From: Planctomycetota bacterium
GTDB lineage: Bacteria > Planctomycetota > Phycisphaerae > WQYP01
Length of the DNA: 64,000 nt
NCBI GenBank assembly: GCA_021790385.1
Contig: JAJYDW010000007.1
Coordinates: 10,483 to 74,482 of the forward strand
Reading direction: 5' to 3'
Below are positions 20,394-29,905 of this stretch, piece after piece; positions within the stretch are counted from its first letter, which is position 1; each line of letters opens with the position of its first letter. A model generated the notes under the pieces. The model saw only the letters and a list, made by a program, of their open reading frames with translations, made no database searches and was not told the origin of the DNA. The position numbers and the translations under genes were made by a program.

Positions 20394-20619
20394 TCTTGTT
20401 TAACAGTGTCAAGCGTGAACAAGATGGATGGCCGTATGGGGGAAATAGCGGTCAGCGTTTTAGCGGTCAGCGATCAGCAATCAGCTTTCAGCGGGCGGTG
20501 GCGGTTGGTATTTGCGACGGCGATGGAGACATCGCCGGAAAATGCGATCTGTGGCGTTTTAGTTGATCGGCGGCTAAATTTATGATTGAGCGTGCATCAT
20601 TAATGTTCGCCACGGCGAT

Positions 20620-20700
20620 GCGGGCAGGAGGCCCGCGATCCCAGGGATATCGTGGCGGGCAAGAATGTTGCTTCACGGGCACAGAGAATGTCTGTGCTAC
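20620..20700 (+). repeat. Intergenic repeat family, copy B (ends CACGGGCACAGAGAATGTCTGTGCTAC). Two tandem TAGCGGTCAGCG motifs lie about 150 nt upstream (20446-20472).
   Basis: Aligned by eye to 13255-13390; see findings. Confidence 0.5.
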
Positions 20701-20972
20701 GTTTAATTGCCCTGGCGGAATGGCCGGGCTGGGGGAGGTGGCCGTGGCGATTGCTGCGAACTTTTAAAATACCAAGATAGCTGGAAAAATTCTTAAAGAT
20801 TTTATTTGACTTGTATATGGGCATTGGATTAAAATGATTAAAAGACTATAGCAGCGGCAAAATATGGGCTTTTGCTGGTGTTTTTCGGCTGATGGCCGCG
20901 AGTACGCGACTTAAAATTCCACGGATGGTACCTCCCATTGGGAGTAATCGGGCAGAAAAAATATGGCGGGGC

Positions 20973-21001
20973 TTGACAAGGGCAGTTTAATCGGTTAAAC
21001 T
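20973..21001 (+). promoter_or_regulatory. Promoter-like TTGACA-N17-TAAACT, copy 1, containing the degenerate palindrome GTTTAATCGGTTAAAC
   Basis: Seen in sequence; about 320 bp upstream of the PEP-CTERM gene at 21318, in a locally AT-rich region. Confidence 0.4.
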
Positions 21002-21220
21002 GATAACCAGAGATAGAATGGCTATGTAATATGGACTTTGATTATGGCGCGCACTGGTCTGTTCAATTGCGATGGCAAATACACCCTTGCGGGCGGGGCC
21101 TATAACTGTATCGGGTTGAAAACCCTGAATGTCGGCGCGTGCCGACGGGTTAGAGCGGCAACGGATGTAATAAACAACTAAGGAATGGAGGCGCAATATG
21201 AGCGACAAAACAGGTAGCCG

Positions 21221-21249
21221 TTGACAAACGTGGTTTAACCGGTTAAACT
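21221..21249 (+). promoter_or_regulatory. Promoter-like TTGACA-N17-TAAACT, copy 2, with the perfect 16-bp palindrome GTTTAACCGGTTAAAC (21233-21248) in the spacer
   Basis: Seen in sequence; about 70 bp upstream of the PEP-CTERM gene start at 21318. Confidence 0.55.
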
Positions 21250-21317
21250 TGCATTCAATGAGTATCAGAGGCTTTTCAATAGTTTGAGTTTTGTGTACCT
21301 TTTTAGGAGGTTCTATC

Positions 21318-22154
21318 ATGGTTCTTCAAGTTCTTCCTCATCGTCGATCTTTGGCAATCCTTGTGGGATTGAACGCGGGAGTGGTGGCAGCAGGCTGTTT
21401 TGCCCAGTCCACCAGCGCCGCGATGATCGCATCAGACAATGCGGCTAATTATACCGGGGCTATTTCTACCGGCAGCACCGGCGGCACAGGGTTTGAAGCC
21501 TGGACGGTTACCACGAGCGGCAGCGGCTCTATGGGCAACTACCTGGATGCCAGCAGCAAAGGCATTGCCACCAACACCAAGAGCTGGGGGACGTACGCCA
21601 ACACCGGAACCAATCCACGCATCGACCTGACGCGGCCATTTGAGACCAGCGCCGGCGGCTCTGGCGGCACACTCCGGGCCGGCCAAACCTTCAGCGTGGC
21701 CATGGAATCAGATGGTGTCGGCAACAGCGGAGCCTTGGGTTTCTCCCTCCAGAGCAGCTCGCCGATCAACCAATTCACCTTCGAATTCGATGGAGCCGCT
21801 GGCTACAACAATATGAGCATTATCGACGGTAGCAACAGCGGCAAGGAATATCAATCACCCGTGGCCCTCCCCTTCACCAGCTATATTGGCAAGGGCATGA
21901 CTGTGAATTTTACGCTGGTGACTTCCTCCACGTACGATCTTTCCGTGACGCCGGTGGGCGGCAGCCCCGTAACCGTGATTACCAACGGGACGCTGCCGGG
22001 CGGGGCAATCAACCAGGCGGATTTGTTTGACCAGAACACCAACGGCAACGGCTACTTCAACAGTATTTCCATTGTCCCCGAGCCGGCCTCGCTGGGGCTG
22101 ATGGCGATCGGTGGATTGGCCTTGCTGCTGGTAGGACGCCGGAAGACGGCTTAA
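21318..22154 (+). CDS. PEP-CTERM sorting-domain secreted protein (exosortase substrate), paralog 1
   Basis: RBS AGGAGG then ATG. Signal peptide. C-terminal VPEPASLGLMAIGGLALLLVGRRKTA (PEP motif, TM helix, basic tail). N-terminal region shares the SDNAAN..G...TGGTGF motif with the next gene. Confidence 0.75.
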   Translation: MVLQVLPHRRSLAILVGLNAGVVAAGCFAQSTSAAMIASDNAANYTGAISTGSTGGTGFEAWTVTTSGSGSMGNYLDASSKGIATNTKSWGTYANTGTNPRIDLTRPFETSAGGSGGTLRAGQTFSVAMESDGVGNSGALGFSLQSSSPINQFTFEFDGAAGYNNMSIIDGSNSGKEYQSPVALPFTSYIGKGMTVNFTLVTSSTYDLSVTPVGGSPVTVITNGTLPGGAINQADLFDQNTNGNGYFNSISIVPEPASLGLMAIGGLALLLVGRRKTA

Positions 22155-22175
22155 GTGTTAATCAGGTAAGAGCAA

Positions 22176-22214
22176 AGCGTTGCCGGGAGCACCGACGTGG
22201 ACCCCGGCAACGCT
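22176..22214 (+). terminator. Intergenic stem-loop: perfect 12-bp stem AGCGTTGCCGGG / CCCGGCAACGCT, 15-nt loop, no clear U-tract
   Basis: Seen in sequence between the two PEP-CTERM paralogs. May be a partial terminator or attenuator, or an mRNA stability element. Confidence 0.45.
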
Positions 22215-22239
22215 TAAATGGAGTTTTGGAGATAAATTT

Positions 22240-23229
22240 ATGAGTCTGATATTCAGAACCATTTTTGATTCACGTACGCCGCGTGCCCGCCGGGTAGCGA
22301 GTGCGGCTGTCGCGGGCATGATCGGCTGGGCCATGGGTCACAGCGCGGCGGTACGCGCTGTGATCCTGGCCTCTGATAATGCCGCCAACACCGCGTATTC
22401 CGGCGGCACATGGTCTGGAACCAGTAACGGCGGCACCGGCTTTAGCCAATGGTTTCAGGGGCCAACGGGTTCTGGCGTGAACCAGGCCGCCACATGGGGA
22501 TTCACCACCCAGACAGCTTCCACCGTGTTTGGGACTTATGTTACCCCGAATATAGATACCAATGGGGTATCCTGGAGTATGGGGGCCTATAACGGCACCA
22601 GCAGCGATCCGGCTGCTCCGTATGCCTATCGCGGCTTAAATACGCCGTTGCAAATCGGCCAAACCCTGCAGTTGAGCATGGCCACGGGTTACATGAGCAA
22701 CCCTGGACAGGAAGGCTTTCAGATTCAAAACTATAACGCTACCACCGGCTACGGCACGCCGCTGTTTCAGATTGCCGCGGCAGGCTCGGGCAGTTATTAC
22801 GCCATCAGTTACGGTGGTTATACCTCCCCCACCACCGGCTTTGCGTACTCGGCGTTGACCGGCATTGCTTCTGCCCACACCGGCGTTACCACGCCCAACA
22901 ATGGCAACGGCATAACCGTAGCCTTTACACTGGAATCGCCAACGTCATTTAATTTGACGATTACTCCGCTGGCGGATCCTTCGGCAGCGGAGACGTTTAC
23001 CAATCTGACCCTGACGGATTTGCCGGTAAACCAGTTGTTCTTATACAACGACAACTTGGGACTGACCTCCCAGTACGCCTATTTTAATAACCTGGAAGTT
23101 ACCGCCACGCCGGAACCGGCACCGGCGGCGATGCTTCTAGGCGGAGTGGCGATGCTGGCCTTGATTCGGCGACGTAAAATTGGAGCCAAGGCGGCACTGT
23201 TTGGCCGCGGCAAAATTCAGGGCACCTAA
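22240..23229 (+). CDS. PEP-CTERM sorting-domain secreted protein, paralog 2
   Basis: C-terminal TPEPAPAAMLLGGVAMLALIRRRK. N-terminal motif ILASDNAAN..YSGG..GTGF shared with paralog 1. Confidence 0.75.
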   Translation: MSLIFRTIFDSRTPRARRVASAAVAGMIGWAMGHSAAVRAVILASDNAANTAYSGGTWSGTSNGGTGFSQWFQGPTGSGVNQAATWGFTTQTASTVFGTYVTPNIDTNGVSWSMGAYNGTSSDPAAPYAYRGLNTPLQIGQTLQLSMATGYMSNPGQEGFQIQNYNATTGYGTPLFQIAAAGSGSYYAISYGGYTSPTTGFAYSALTGIASAHTGVTTPNNGNGITVAFTLESPTSFNLTITPLADPSAAETFTNLTLTDLPVNQLFLYNDNLGLTSQYAYFNNLEVTATPEPAPAAMLLGGVAMLALIRRRKIGAKAALFGRGKIQGT

Positions 23230-23292
23230 GCACATGGCCAGGGCCTCGGCGGAATTACATGCCCGAGACCTGGGATAAAAAAGGATAACACC

Positions 23293-26200
23293 ATGGAACC
23301 GACGAGAAACAATTTGGCAAGTTCCACCCGGCAGCGCCGCAACATGGTTCTGCGGGCGTGTCGTGTAGTGGCCTGCGGGATAGCGGGTGCCGCGGTCATC
23401 AGCCTGTGCCGCCCCGCCGCCGCGCAGGTTTTCGGAACGCCGTATTCACCGCCGACCATTCTCGATGCGTTCGGTATGCCATGGACCAATCTTACCGCCC
23501 GCATGCCCGATATTTTTGGAGCCGGTTACGGGGCCATTCTCACCCCGCCGCCCACCCGTGCCGACAGCGGTAACGGTTCGGTGGGCTATGACATTTATAA
23601 TCGCTTCGACCTGGGCAGTCCCGGCGACCCCACGGCCTACGGCACGCTTTCCGGATACGAACAGCTTATTGCCGCCACACACCAAATGGGTGGATACATT
23701 TACGTTGATTATTCCATGGGACACAATGGCTTTTCCAATTCCGCCTCGGTGGATGGCAATGGCAATTCGTTTGTCAATGCCGGAGGCTACCCGGGCTTTG
23801 TTACCTCTTATCCCGGAAATTCCTATCTGAACCCGAGTGATCCGGCCAATATTGACGGCGATTTTAACGGGGCGTATGCCCAAAATGTGGAAGAAGCCCG
23901 GCTGGCCGGCCTTATTAACGTGAATTTTAACACCGATTATCAATATATCCGCAGCCCTACCACGGCGGGAGATCCGGCCAACATCCCCGGCGGAACCACC
24001 CCGGCCTTTGGCCGCCTGGCCAATGTGCCCATGCCGGTGAATCAGCAATTTTATCCCAACCCCAACAGCCAACCGATTTTTATTTACAACCCGCAAACCG
24101 GCCAGGGCAATATTCAGGTCAATTCCTTTACGCCTTCCAATCCGATGGCCGGTTCGCCCACCGCGGAAAATGTTACCGGCTACGAAATGCGCAATATTCA
24201 GTGGTTTGTGCAAACGCTGGGGGTTGATGGCTTCCGGCTTGATGCTACCAAAAATATGGAATGGCAGACGGCCCTGCCTTATTTCAATCAGGCGGTTTAC
24301 CGGGCCTCGCCGCGGACCTACCTCAATGGCGTGCAGGAAACCATTTTTTCGTTCCAGGAATATTATGACGGCAATCCCGCCAACGTTTTTCCGGTGATCC
24401 AGAAAAGTCCCATGAACCCAGACGGAGCTCCCGCCGGCAACATTGGCACCGTGCAGCCCAACCTGGACGCTCTGGACTTTCCTTTGTTTTTCTCCCTACA
24501 ACAAAACCTCACCGGCAACGGGTTTACCAATAGTTGGTACAACGTCAGCGACGGGCTGGACCCCAACCATACAGGTAACACCGGCGTGCGATTCGTGCAA
24601 AGCCAGGACAACGGAGCCCCTTATCTGGCCAATGTGGCCGCCGCTTATACCCTGATGATGCCCGGCCAGTGCATTGTGTACTACAACGGCAATTTGACCC
24701 CTTACGACAACGGCACGCAGACATTTCCGCAAAATGGCCGGGGCGATGCCCTGGGCGGCGTGTACGGCAACACCATGGCCAATAATTCTTTAAGCACGTA
24801 CAACGCCGGCTCGAACACCATGACTGTAACCCACAGCAATGAAATCAGCGGTCTGGTGGATATCCGCAATCGTTATTCCAGCGGCGGCTACATTCAGCGC
24901 TATATTACCCAGAACAATCTGGCGTTTGAACGCAGCGATTCCGCCCTGGTGCTGCTGAACAATCAGACCGGAGGCATTTCGGGCACGGCCAGCATTCAGA
25001 CGAATTTCAACTCCTACAACGTACCCTACCTGGTGGAACTCACGGGTAACGCCGCCGCCCAGGGCCTGCCGCAGGTACTGCAGGTTTATTCCAACGGCGT
25101 GGTCAACGTCACCTTCCCCAACAACGGCTACAACAACAGCACCGGCGGCGGTGATCTGATCTACGGCCCGGCGACACCCGAGGGCACGCTGACGATTACT
25201 AATGTCGCCGGTCAAATCGCGGGTACCACTCCCACCACCAGCACGCCCAATCTGCCGCAGGCCAATGGCGCGGATGTTATCAGCAACGTGGCGGTGGTGA
25301 AAGGATCGCAATTTCAGATTCAACTGCAAACCCAAAAAGTCTATCTGCTGGGCCAGCAGAATTTATTTGACTACAACGCCGGCGGCGACAGCGCCATTTT
25401 CAAAATAGATGGTGGCACACTGGTCAATGGCCAGCAGTTTGTCAGCACTGAGCCAAACACCATCGCCTACGGTTTCCTCCCCTTTCAAACCGGCAGTCCG
25501 TTGGCTCCGCAAAATGGAACCGCGCCAGGTACCGGCCTTTATACCGAAACCATCAATACCAGTGATCTCTCGCAAGGCTATCATTACCTTACCGTGATCG
25601 CTTTCCGCACACGCCATGCGCCTGGCGCTCCACCCGTTTACACCGACTGGACGCAAACCATCTATGTGGATACCGCCCCGTCGGTATCGGCCATTATGAG
25701 TTTTAACCCCACCGTTCCCGGGGTCAACCAGAACCGCACCTTGACGGTGGAAAACGTGGACAGTCTGGCCAACAACATCAATGTTTTGTTTGACCTGCCG
25801 GCAGCGGATACGGCCAGTCAAATACTGGCCCTGCTCAACAGTTCCACCCAGGCCACGCAAACCGACACCAATTTATGGACGATTAATGCTACCGGGCTTA
25901 CCAGCGGCAACCATGTAGCCACCGTCGTAACCTTTAAGCCGGATGGTACGTACAACATCCAACGTTTCGCGGGATTGTACACCTCCACCATTTATGGTGC
26001 AGGGCTGGGGGATTTGAATTTTGACGGCCAATACAACCTGGCCGATGTTCAGACCATGGCCCAGTTGCTGGCCAGCAACAACACCGAATTCAATCCAGCG
26101 GCAGATTTTCTGGGTACCGGTGTTATTACACCGCAGGATTTAATTCCTTTTGGCCAAAAGCTTCAGGCGGAAGGAGCCAATAGTGCCACCATGGCGGCAT

Positions 26201-26385
26201 ACCAGTCCCTTTACGACCAGTATTTTGGCAGCAGCATTTCTTCGACTATCGCCAAAACGTTTGCGGCAGATAACCTGCTTTCGAATCAGACCACGCCAAC
26301 GCCGGAGCCATCGGCGGCGTGGCTGATGCTGGGTGGATTACCGCTGCTTTTGAAGCGTCGCGGTGGAGCGATGCGGATTAGTTAA
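23293..26385 (+). CDS. Large (about 1000 aa) secreted GH13-like alpha-amylase-family protein with a dockerin-like or EF-hand-like Ca-binding motif and a C-terminal PEP-CTERM anchor
   Basis: GH13 N-terminal signature AGYGAILTPP...GYDIYNRFDLGSPGDPTAYGT...YIYVDYSMGHNG and GVDGFRLDATKNMEW (region II-like). GDLNFDGQYNLADVQ resembles a dockerin or Ca-binding loop. C-terminal PTPEPSAAWLMLGGLPLLLKRRGG. Confidence 0.65.
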   Translation: MEPTRNNLASSTRQRRNMVLRACRVVACGIAGAAVISLCRPAAAQVFGTPYSPPTILDAFGMPWTNLTARMPDIFGAGYGAILTPPPTRADSGNGSVGYDIYNRFDLGSPGDPTAYGTLSGYEQLIAATHQMGGYIYVDYSMGHNGFSNSASVDGNGNSFVNAGGYPGFVTSYPGNSYLNPSDPANIDGDFNGAYAQNVEEARLAGLINVNFNTDYQYIRSPTTAGDPANIPGGTTPAFGRLANVPMPVNQQFYPNPNSQPIFIYNPQTGQGNIQVNSFTPSNPMAGSPTAENVTGYEMRNIQWFVQTLGVDGFRLDATKNMEWQTALPYFNQAVYRASPRTYLNGVQETIFSFQEYYDGNPANVFPVIQKSPMNPDGAPAGNIGTVQPNLDALDFPLFFSLQQNLTGNGFTNSWYNVSDGLDPNHTGNTGVRFVQSQDNGAPYLANVAAAYTLMMPGQCIVYYNGNLTPYDNGTQTFPQNGRGDALGGVYGNTMANNSLSTYNAGSNTMTVTHSNEISGLVDIRNRYSSGGYIQRYITQNNLAFERSDSALVLLNNQTGGISGTASIQTNFNSYNVPYLVELTGNAAAQGLPQVLQVYSNGVVNVTFPNNGYNNSTGGGDLIYGPATPEGTLTITNVAGQIAGTTPTTSTPNLPQANGADVISNVAVVKGSQFQIQLQTQKVYLLGQQNLFDYNAGGDSAIFKIDGGTLVNGQQFVSTEPNTIAYGFLPFQTGSPLAPQNGTAPGTGLYTETINTSDLSQGYHYLTVIAFRTRHAPGAPPVYTDWTQTIYVDTAPSVSAIMSFNPTVPGVNQNRTLTVENVDSLANNINVLFDLPAADTASQILALLNSSTQATQTDTNLWTINATGLTSGNHVATVVTFKPDGTYNIQRFAGLYTSTIYGAGLGDLNFDGQYNLADVQTMAQLLASNNTEFNPAADFLGTGVITPQDLIPFGQKLQAEGANSATMAAYQSLYDQYFGSSISSTIAKTFAADNLLSNQTTPTPEPSAAWLMLGGLPLLLKRRGGAMRIS

Positions 26386-26484
26386 AAGAGAGGGCGAGAA
26401 TTGTTGGCGACAGGGTGAATGGAAGCCCAAGCCACCCCAAAAGGGCAAGATGGTGTCAAAATGAACACGAAGGCATAGTCGTAC

Positions 26485-26512
26485 TTGACAAACCAGTTTA
26501 ACCGGTTAAACT
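26485..26512 (+). promoter_or_regulatory. Promoter-like TTGACA-N17-TAAACT, copy 3, with the perfect palindrome GTTTAACCGGTTAAAC (26496-26511)
   Basis: Seen in sequence; about 50 bp upstream of the DUF1559 gene (RBS AAGGAG, ATG at 26559). Confidence 0.55.
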
Positions 26513-26558
26513 ATGTTTGTCGCTATGTTTGGGTCTGCTCTTACAAGGAGTGTTGATC

Positions 26559-27662
26559 ATGATTAGCAGGCAATTATCTGGGCGTCGGTGGCCATCCTTA
26601 AAACAAGAATCCGCTGTGGTTACTAAAAAGGGGTTCACTCTCATTGAGTTATTGGTGGTGATTTCCATCATCGCCATTCTCATTGCCCTGCTGCTGCCGG
26701 CCCTGGCCGCAGCCAGACAGGAAGCGGATTCCGTGCTGTGCCTTTCCAATGTGCGGCAAATGGCCCTGGGAGCCATTGAATTCACCCAAGACCATCAGGG
26801 GCTTTTTCAGCCGGACACCGATACGAATGTGGTTACAGCGTATGTGGATCCCAGCCATCAGCTTTTTGCCTACCGGTCAACTTCGACCGGCACGTATCTG
26901 TTGGATTGGGCCAGTGCGCTGATTCCATATATGGGCGGCACCAACAGCCAGAACTTTGTGGGTATGGCCACCAGCGGCACTCCGGGCAGCTACTACGCCC
27001 CCGGCACTTACCCCAAAGTGTTTTTGTGTCCGAGCGACCCAACATTAAATGATACGTGGCCAGGTTATGCTCTTATTAATAATGTCACCAATCCGGCCGG
27101 CGATACCGGAGATGGAAGCTTCGCCTATTTCCCGGTATCCTACGGTGTCAATGCTGATGTTTGCTCGATTGTTGACCCCGTCAATGGCAACGACTTCAAC
27201 CAAGGTTCCACCATGGACGTGGCGAATGGCCCGGCCGGAGTCGGTGGTGGCCAGCCACTGGGTTGCAGGCTCTCGCGGGTTGTGTCGCCCAGTACCACGT
27301 TGCTTTTTGCCGACTGCGGCACCCGGCCCACGCAACCGGAAGCCGTGCCCGGCGCACCGCTGAACTATAACGATGGCTTGTATTACACCACTAACTACGA
27401 CGTGTACGCCGGTATTCCGGCCAGCTACCCCGCAAATACCATTAACACGCTGGAGGGAGTTGCGCTAACCTCCTGGCTGCGTGATCGGATTCCCATTGCC
27501 GGCAGTTTGATGCCCAGTAACATCAACGCCAGTCCGCAGCAGCCGCAAAACATCATGGATCGCCACGGCGATCACATCAACGTATCGTTTTGTGATGGCC
27601 ATGCGGAAGCAGTTAACGTTTCGCAGTTTGCTAACGTCAACGTATCACCCTATGGCCGGTAA
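26559..27662 (+). CDS. Prepilin-type N-terminal cleavage/methylation domain protein of the DUF1559 (H-X9-DG) family, typical of Planctomycetes
   Basis: [27 protein letters not shown] pseudopilin N-terminus. C-terminal [13 protein letters not shown] (H-X9-DG). Confidence 0.8.
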   Translation: MISRQLSGRRWPSLKQESAVVTKKGFTLIELLVVISIIAILIALLLPALAAARQEADSVLCLSNVRQMALGAIEFTQDHQGLFQPDTDTNVVTAYVDPSHQLFAYRSTSTGTYLLDWASALIPYMGGTNSQNFVGMATSGTPGSYYAPGTYPKVFLCPSDPTLNDTWPGYALINNVTNPAGDTGDGSFAYFPVSYGVNADVCSIVDPVNGNDFNQGSTMDVANGPAGVGGGQPLGCRLSRVVSPSTTLLFADCGTRPTQPEAVPGAPLNYNDGLYYTTNYDVYAGIPASYPANTINTLEGVALTSWLRDRIPIAGSLMPSNINASPQQPQNIMDRHGDHINVSFCDGHAEAVNVSQFANVNVSPYGR

Positions 27663-27823
27663 TGGCGTGAGTGGTCAGTCAGCAACAGTTTGATTACCAT
27701 GTAGAGAGCTTAACACCACCCTCGTGGTCGATGGCGTTCTTGCCAACGGGCATTCAAGCCTGAAAAGATGGCCAAGGGGTGGGCGATGATCTACATTCGG
27801 CGGCACCAAAAGAGGAACCCAGT

Positions 27824-29635
27824 ATGACGCATGTATTGTCGAGCGCTCGCCTTGCAACTGCAATACCCCATCTGGCCGGCACCCTGGCAGGCGGGCCGGT
27901 GTTAAAGGCGCATCCGATTGATTATCTGATTATGGGCGTTTACTTTGTGTTTGTCATTGCCATCGGAGTCATTACCGGGCGGGGCCATCAGACCAGCGAA
28001 GACTTTTTTCTTTCCGGCAGGCGCATTCCGGCATGGATTACGGGGCTGGCGTTTATTTCCGCCAACCTGGGGGCTTTGGAAGTAATGGGCATGTCCCAGC
28101 AGGGCTATGAATACGGCATGATGACCGCCAACTATTATTGGATTGGGGCTATTCCAGCCATGGTGTTCATGGGCATCGCCATGATGCCCTTCTTTTACGG
28201 CAGCAAAGTACGTAGTGTGCCGGAATTTCTGAAAAAGCGATACAATGAAGGTGCCCGTTTTATCAACGCCATCACATTCACGATTTTCACCCCGGCCATT
28301 TCGGGCATCAGCATGTACGCTTTGGCAGTGGTGATGCAGGACTTTTTGGGATGGCATTTCGGGCCGAGTGTATGGGTGTCGGCAGCGGTGGTGCTGGTGT
28401 ATACATTTCTGGGCGGTCTAACGGCCAGCATTTACAATGAAGTGCTGCAGTTTTTCCTGATTGTGCTGGGCATTGCTCCACTGAGCATCATCGCCCTGAT
28501 TGCGAACCATGGATGGTCGCACTTCAAAAAGTGGATTGCCACGCATCAGTTACCATTTTTAACCCCGGATCAGCTTACCGCTGCCGCATCGCAGCCTGCT
28601 AAGGCCGCACATCAACTGGCCGCAGGTCAATGGCTGCATACCTTTCACAACACGCTTACGCAAAGCAATCCGATGCACATCACCTGGCCGGGCATTGTAC
28701 TGGGGCTGGGTTTTGTGCTGTCGTTTTCGTACTGGTGTACCAACTTCCTGGTGGTGCAGCGGGCGCTGGCGGCGAAAGACATGAATGATGCGCAGCGGAC
28801 ACCATTGCTGGCGGCGTTCCCGAAAATGATTTTCCCTTTTATTGTCATTTTGCCGGGCGTGCTGGCTCTGCCACTGCTGCCGCACTTATTTCCCGGCAAT
28901 ACGATGGTGGATGGGCATCTGATTCCGGCGACGCAGTCATTTAATAATGTGATGCCGCTGATGCTGGCAAAGTATTATCCGGCGGGTCTGCTGGGACTGG
29001 GGCTTACGGCGCTGATGGCGTCGTTTATGTCTGGCATGGCGGGCAATGTTACGGCTTTCAATACGGTTGTCACATACGACCTCTATGCGGTGTTCATCCG
29101 GCCGCAGGCTCCGGACCGGCATTATCTGTGGGTGGGCAGAATTTTGACGGTTGTCGGTGTGGTGATCAGCGTAGCATTTGCGTACGTGGTACGCGGTCAG
29201 TCCGGCATTATGGGGTACACGCAGACGATTTTCGGTGTGGTCAATGCGCCACTGATTGCGGTTTTTCTGCTGGGAATGTTTGCGAGTTTCACCACACCGG
29301 CCGGCGGATTGTGGGGCTTGCTGGTGGGCACGGGAACATCGGTAACGCTATGGATATTCCGATCCCATCCCGGCCTGCCGCTGTGGCATCATTATAACAA
29401 CAACACCACCGGTGCCTTTTGGGGTGCCATCTGGGCATTTTGTGCCGGTGCGGGTGCCACCATCATCGTAAGTTTGTTTACCAAGAAAAAAACGGACAAA
29501 GAAATGGTAGGGCTGGTTTATCAGCTTACCCCCAAGCCGGAACAGGACCACCAGCTACCATGGTGGAAAAAGCCGGTGGTGCTGGGCGTATTGGCACTGA
29601 TTTTAACACTGCTGATCAATCTTTGGTTCTGGTAA
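27824..29635 (+). CDS. Sodium:solute symporter (SSS family; SGLT-like sugar/solute transporter)
   Basis: About 600 aa with about 14 TM segments. The SSS signature region is GRRIPAWITGLAFISANLGALEVMGMSQQGYEYG. Confidence 0.85.
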   Translation: MTHVLSSARLATAIPHLAGTLAGGPVLKAHPIDYLIMGVYFVFVIAIGVITGRGHQTSEDFFLSGRRIPAWITGLAFISANLGALEVMGMSQQGYEYGMMTANYYWIGAIPAMVFMGIAMMPFFYGSKVRSVPEFLKKRYNEGARFINAITFTIFTPAISGISMYALAVVMQDFLGWHFGPSVWVSAAVVLVYTFLGGLTASIYNEVLQFFLIVLGIAPLSIIALIANHGWSHFKKWIATHQLPFLTPDQLTAAASQPAKAAHQLAAGQWLHTFHNTLTQSNPMHITWPGIVLGLGFVLSFSYWCTNFLVVQRALAAKDMNDAQRTPLLAAFPKMIFPFIVILPGVLALPLLPHLFPGNTMVDGHLIPATQSFNNVMPLMLAKYYPAGLLGLGLTALMASFMSGMAGNVTAFNTVVTYDLYAVFIRPQAPDRHYLWVGRILTVVGVVISVAFAYVVRGQSGIMGYTQTIFGVVNAPLIAVFLLGMFASFTTPAGGLWGLLVGTGTSVTLWIFRSHPGLPLWHHYNNNTTGAFWGAIWAFCAGAGATIIVSLFTKKKTDKEMVGLVYQLTPKPEQDHQLPWWKKPVVLGVLALILTLLINLWFW

Positions 29636-29680
29636 CATGATAGGGCCACAATCGCGGCCACTGCCGCACTGGAGAATAAT

Positions 29681-29905
29681 ATGATGGATTTACGTTTGCC
29701 CATCGGTATATTTTTTCTGCTGGTGGGAATAATTCTGGCCGGCTACGGAGTAGTGTCCACACACGACATCCCGAATATCACGGAAAAAATCAACATCAAC
29801 CTGGACTGGGGCGCGGTGCTGCTGGTATTTGGTGCGGCCATGACTTTTTTTGGATGGAAGGCGGAGGCAAAAGCCCGCAGCGAGAAAAAGAATTCCAAGG
29901 CCTGA
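29681..29905 (+). CDS. Small two-TM membrane protein (74 aa). Its placement next to the symporter resembles the small SSS-associated subunit (DUF4212-like).
   Basis: Two hydrophobic helices and a basic C-terminus, 45 nt after the symporter stop. Weak. Confidence 0.35.
   Translation: MMDLRLPIGIFFLLVGIILAGYGVVSTHDIPNITEKININLDWGAVLLVFGAAMTFFGWKAEAKARSEKKNSKA

Noticed and set aside
13330-20670. Sigma-54 (-24 TGGC / -12 TTGC) reading of the TGGCGGGCAAGAATGTTGC and TTGGCAGACAAGAATGTGG segments inside the repeat family
   Set aside because: The spacing between the GG and GC dinucleotides is 16 nt in one copy and does not fit the fixed 10-nt sigma54 geometry in any copy.
20394-21290. 900-bp ORF-poor, locally AT-rich intergenic region examined for tRNA, tmRNA, RNase P or SRP RNA
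   Set aside because: No cloverleaf-compatible segments or conserved RNase P or SRP motifs were recognised. The region instead carries the repeat-family copy B and two promoter-palindrome copies.
23446-24213. 255-aa minus-strand ORF inside the GH13-like PEP-CTERM gene. Similar antisense ORFs occur at 9967-10731, 40451-41077, 47361-48011, 49082-49645, 50219-50722, 55188-55784 and 61939-62610.
   Set aside because: All lie antisense within long sense ORFs that have recognisable domains. Gly/Arg-rich shadow frames are expected at this GC content.
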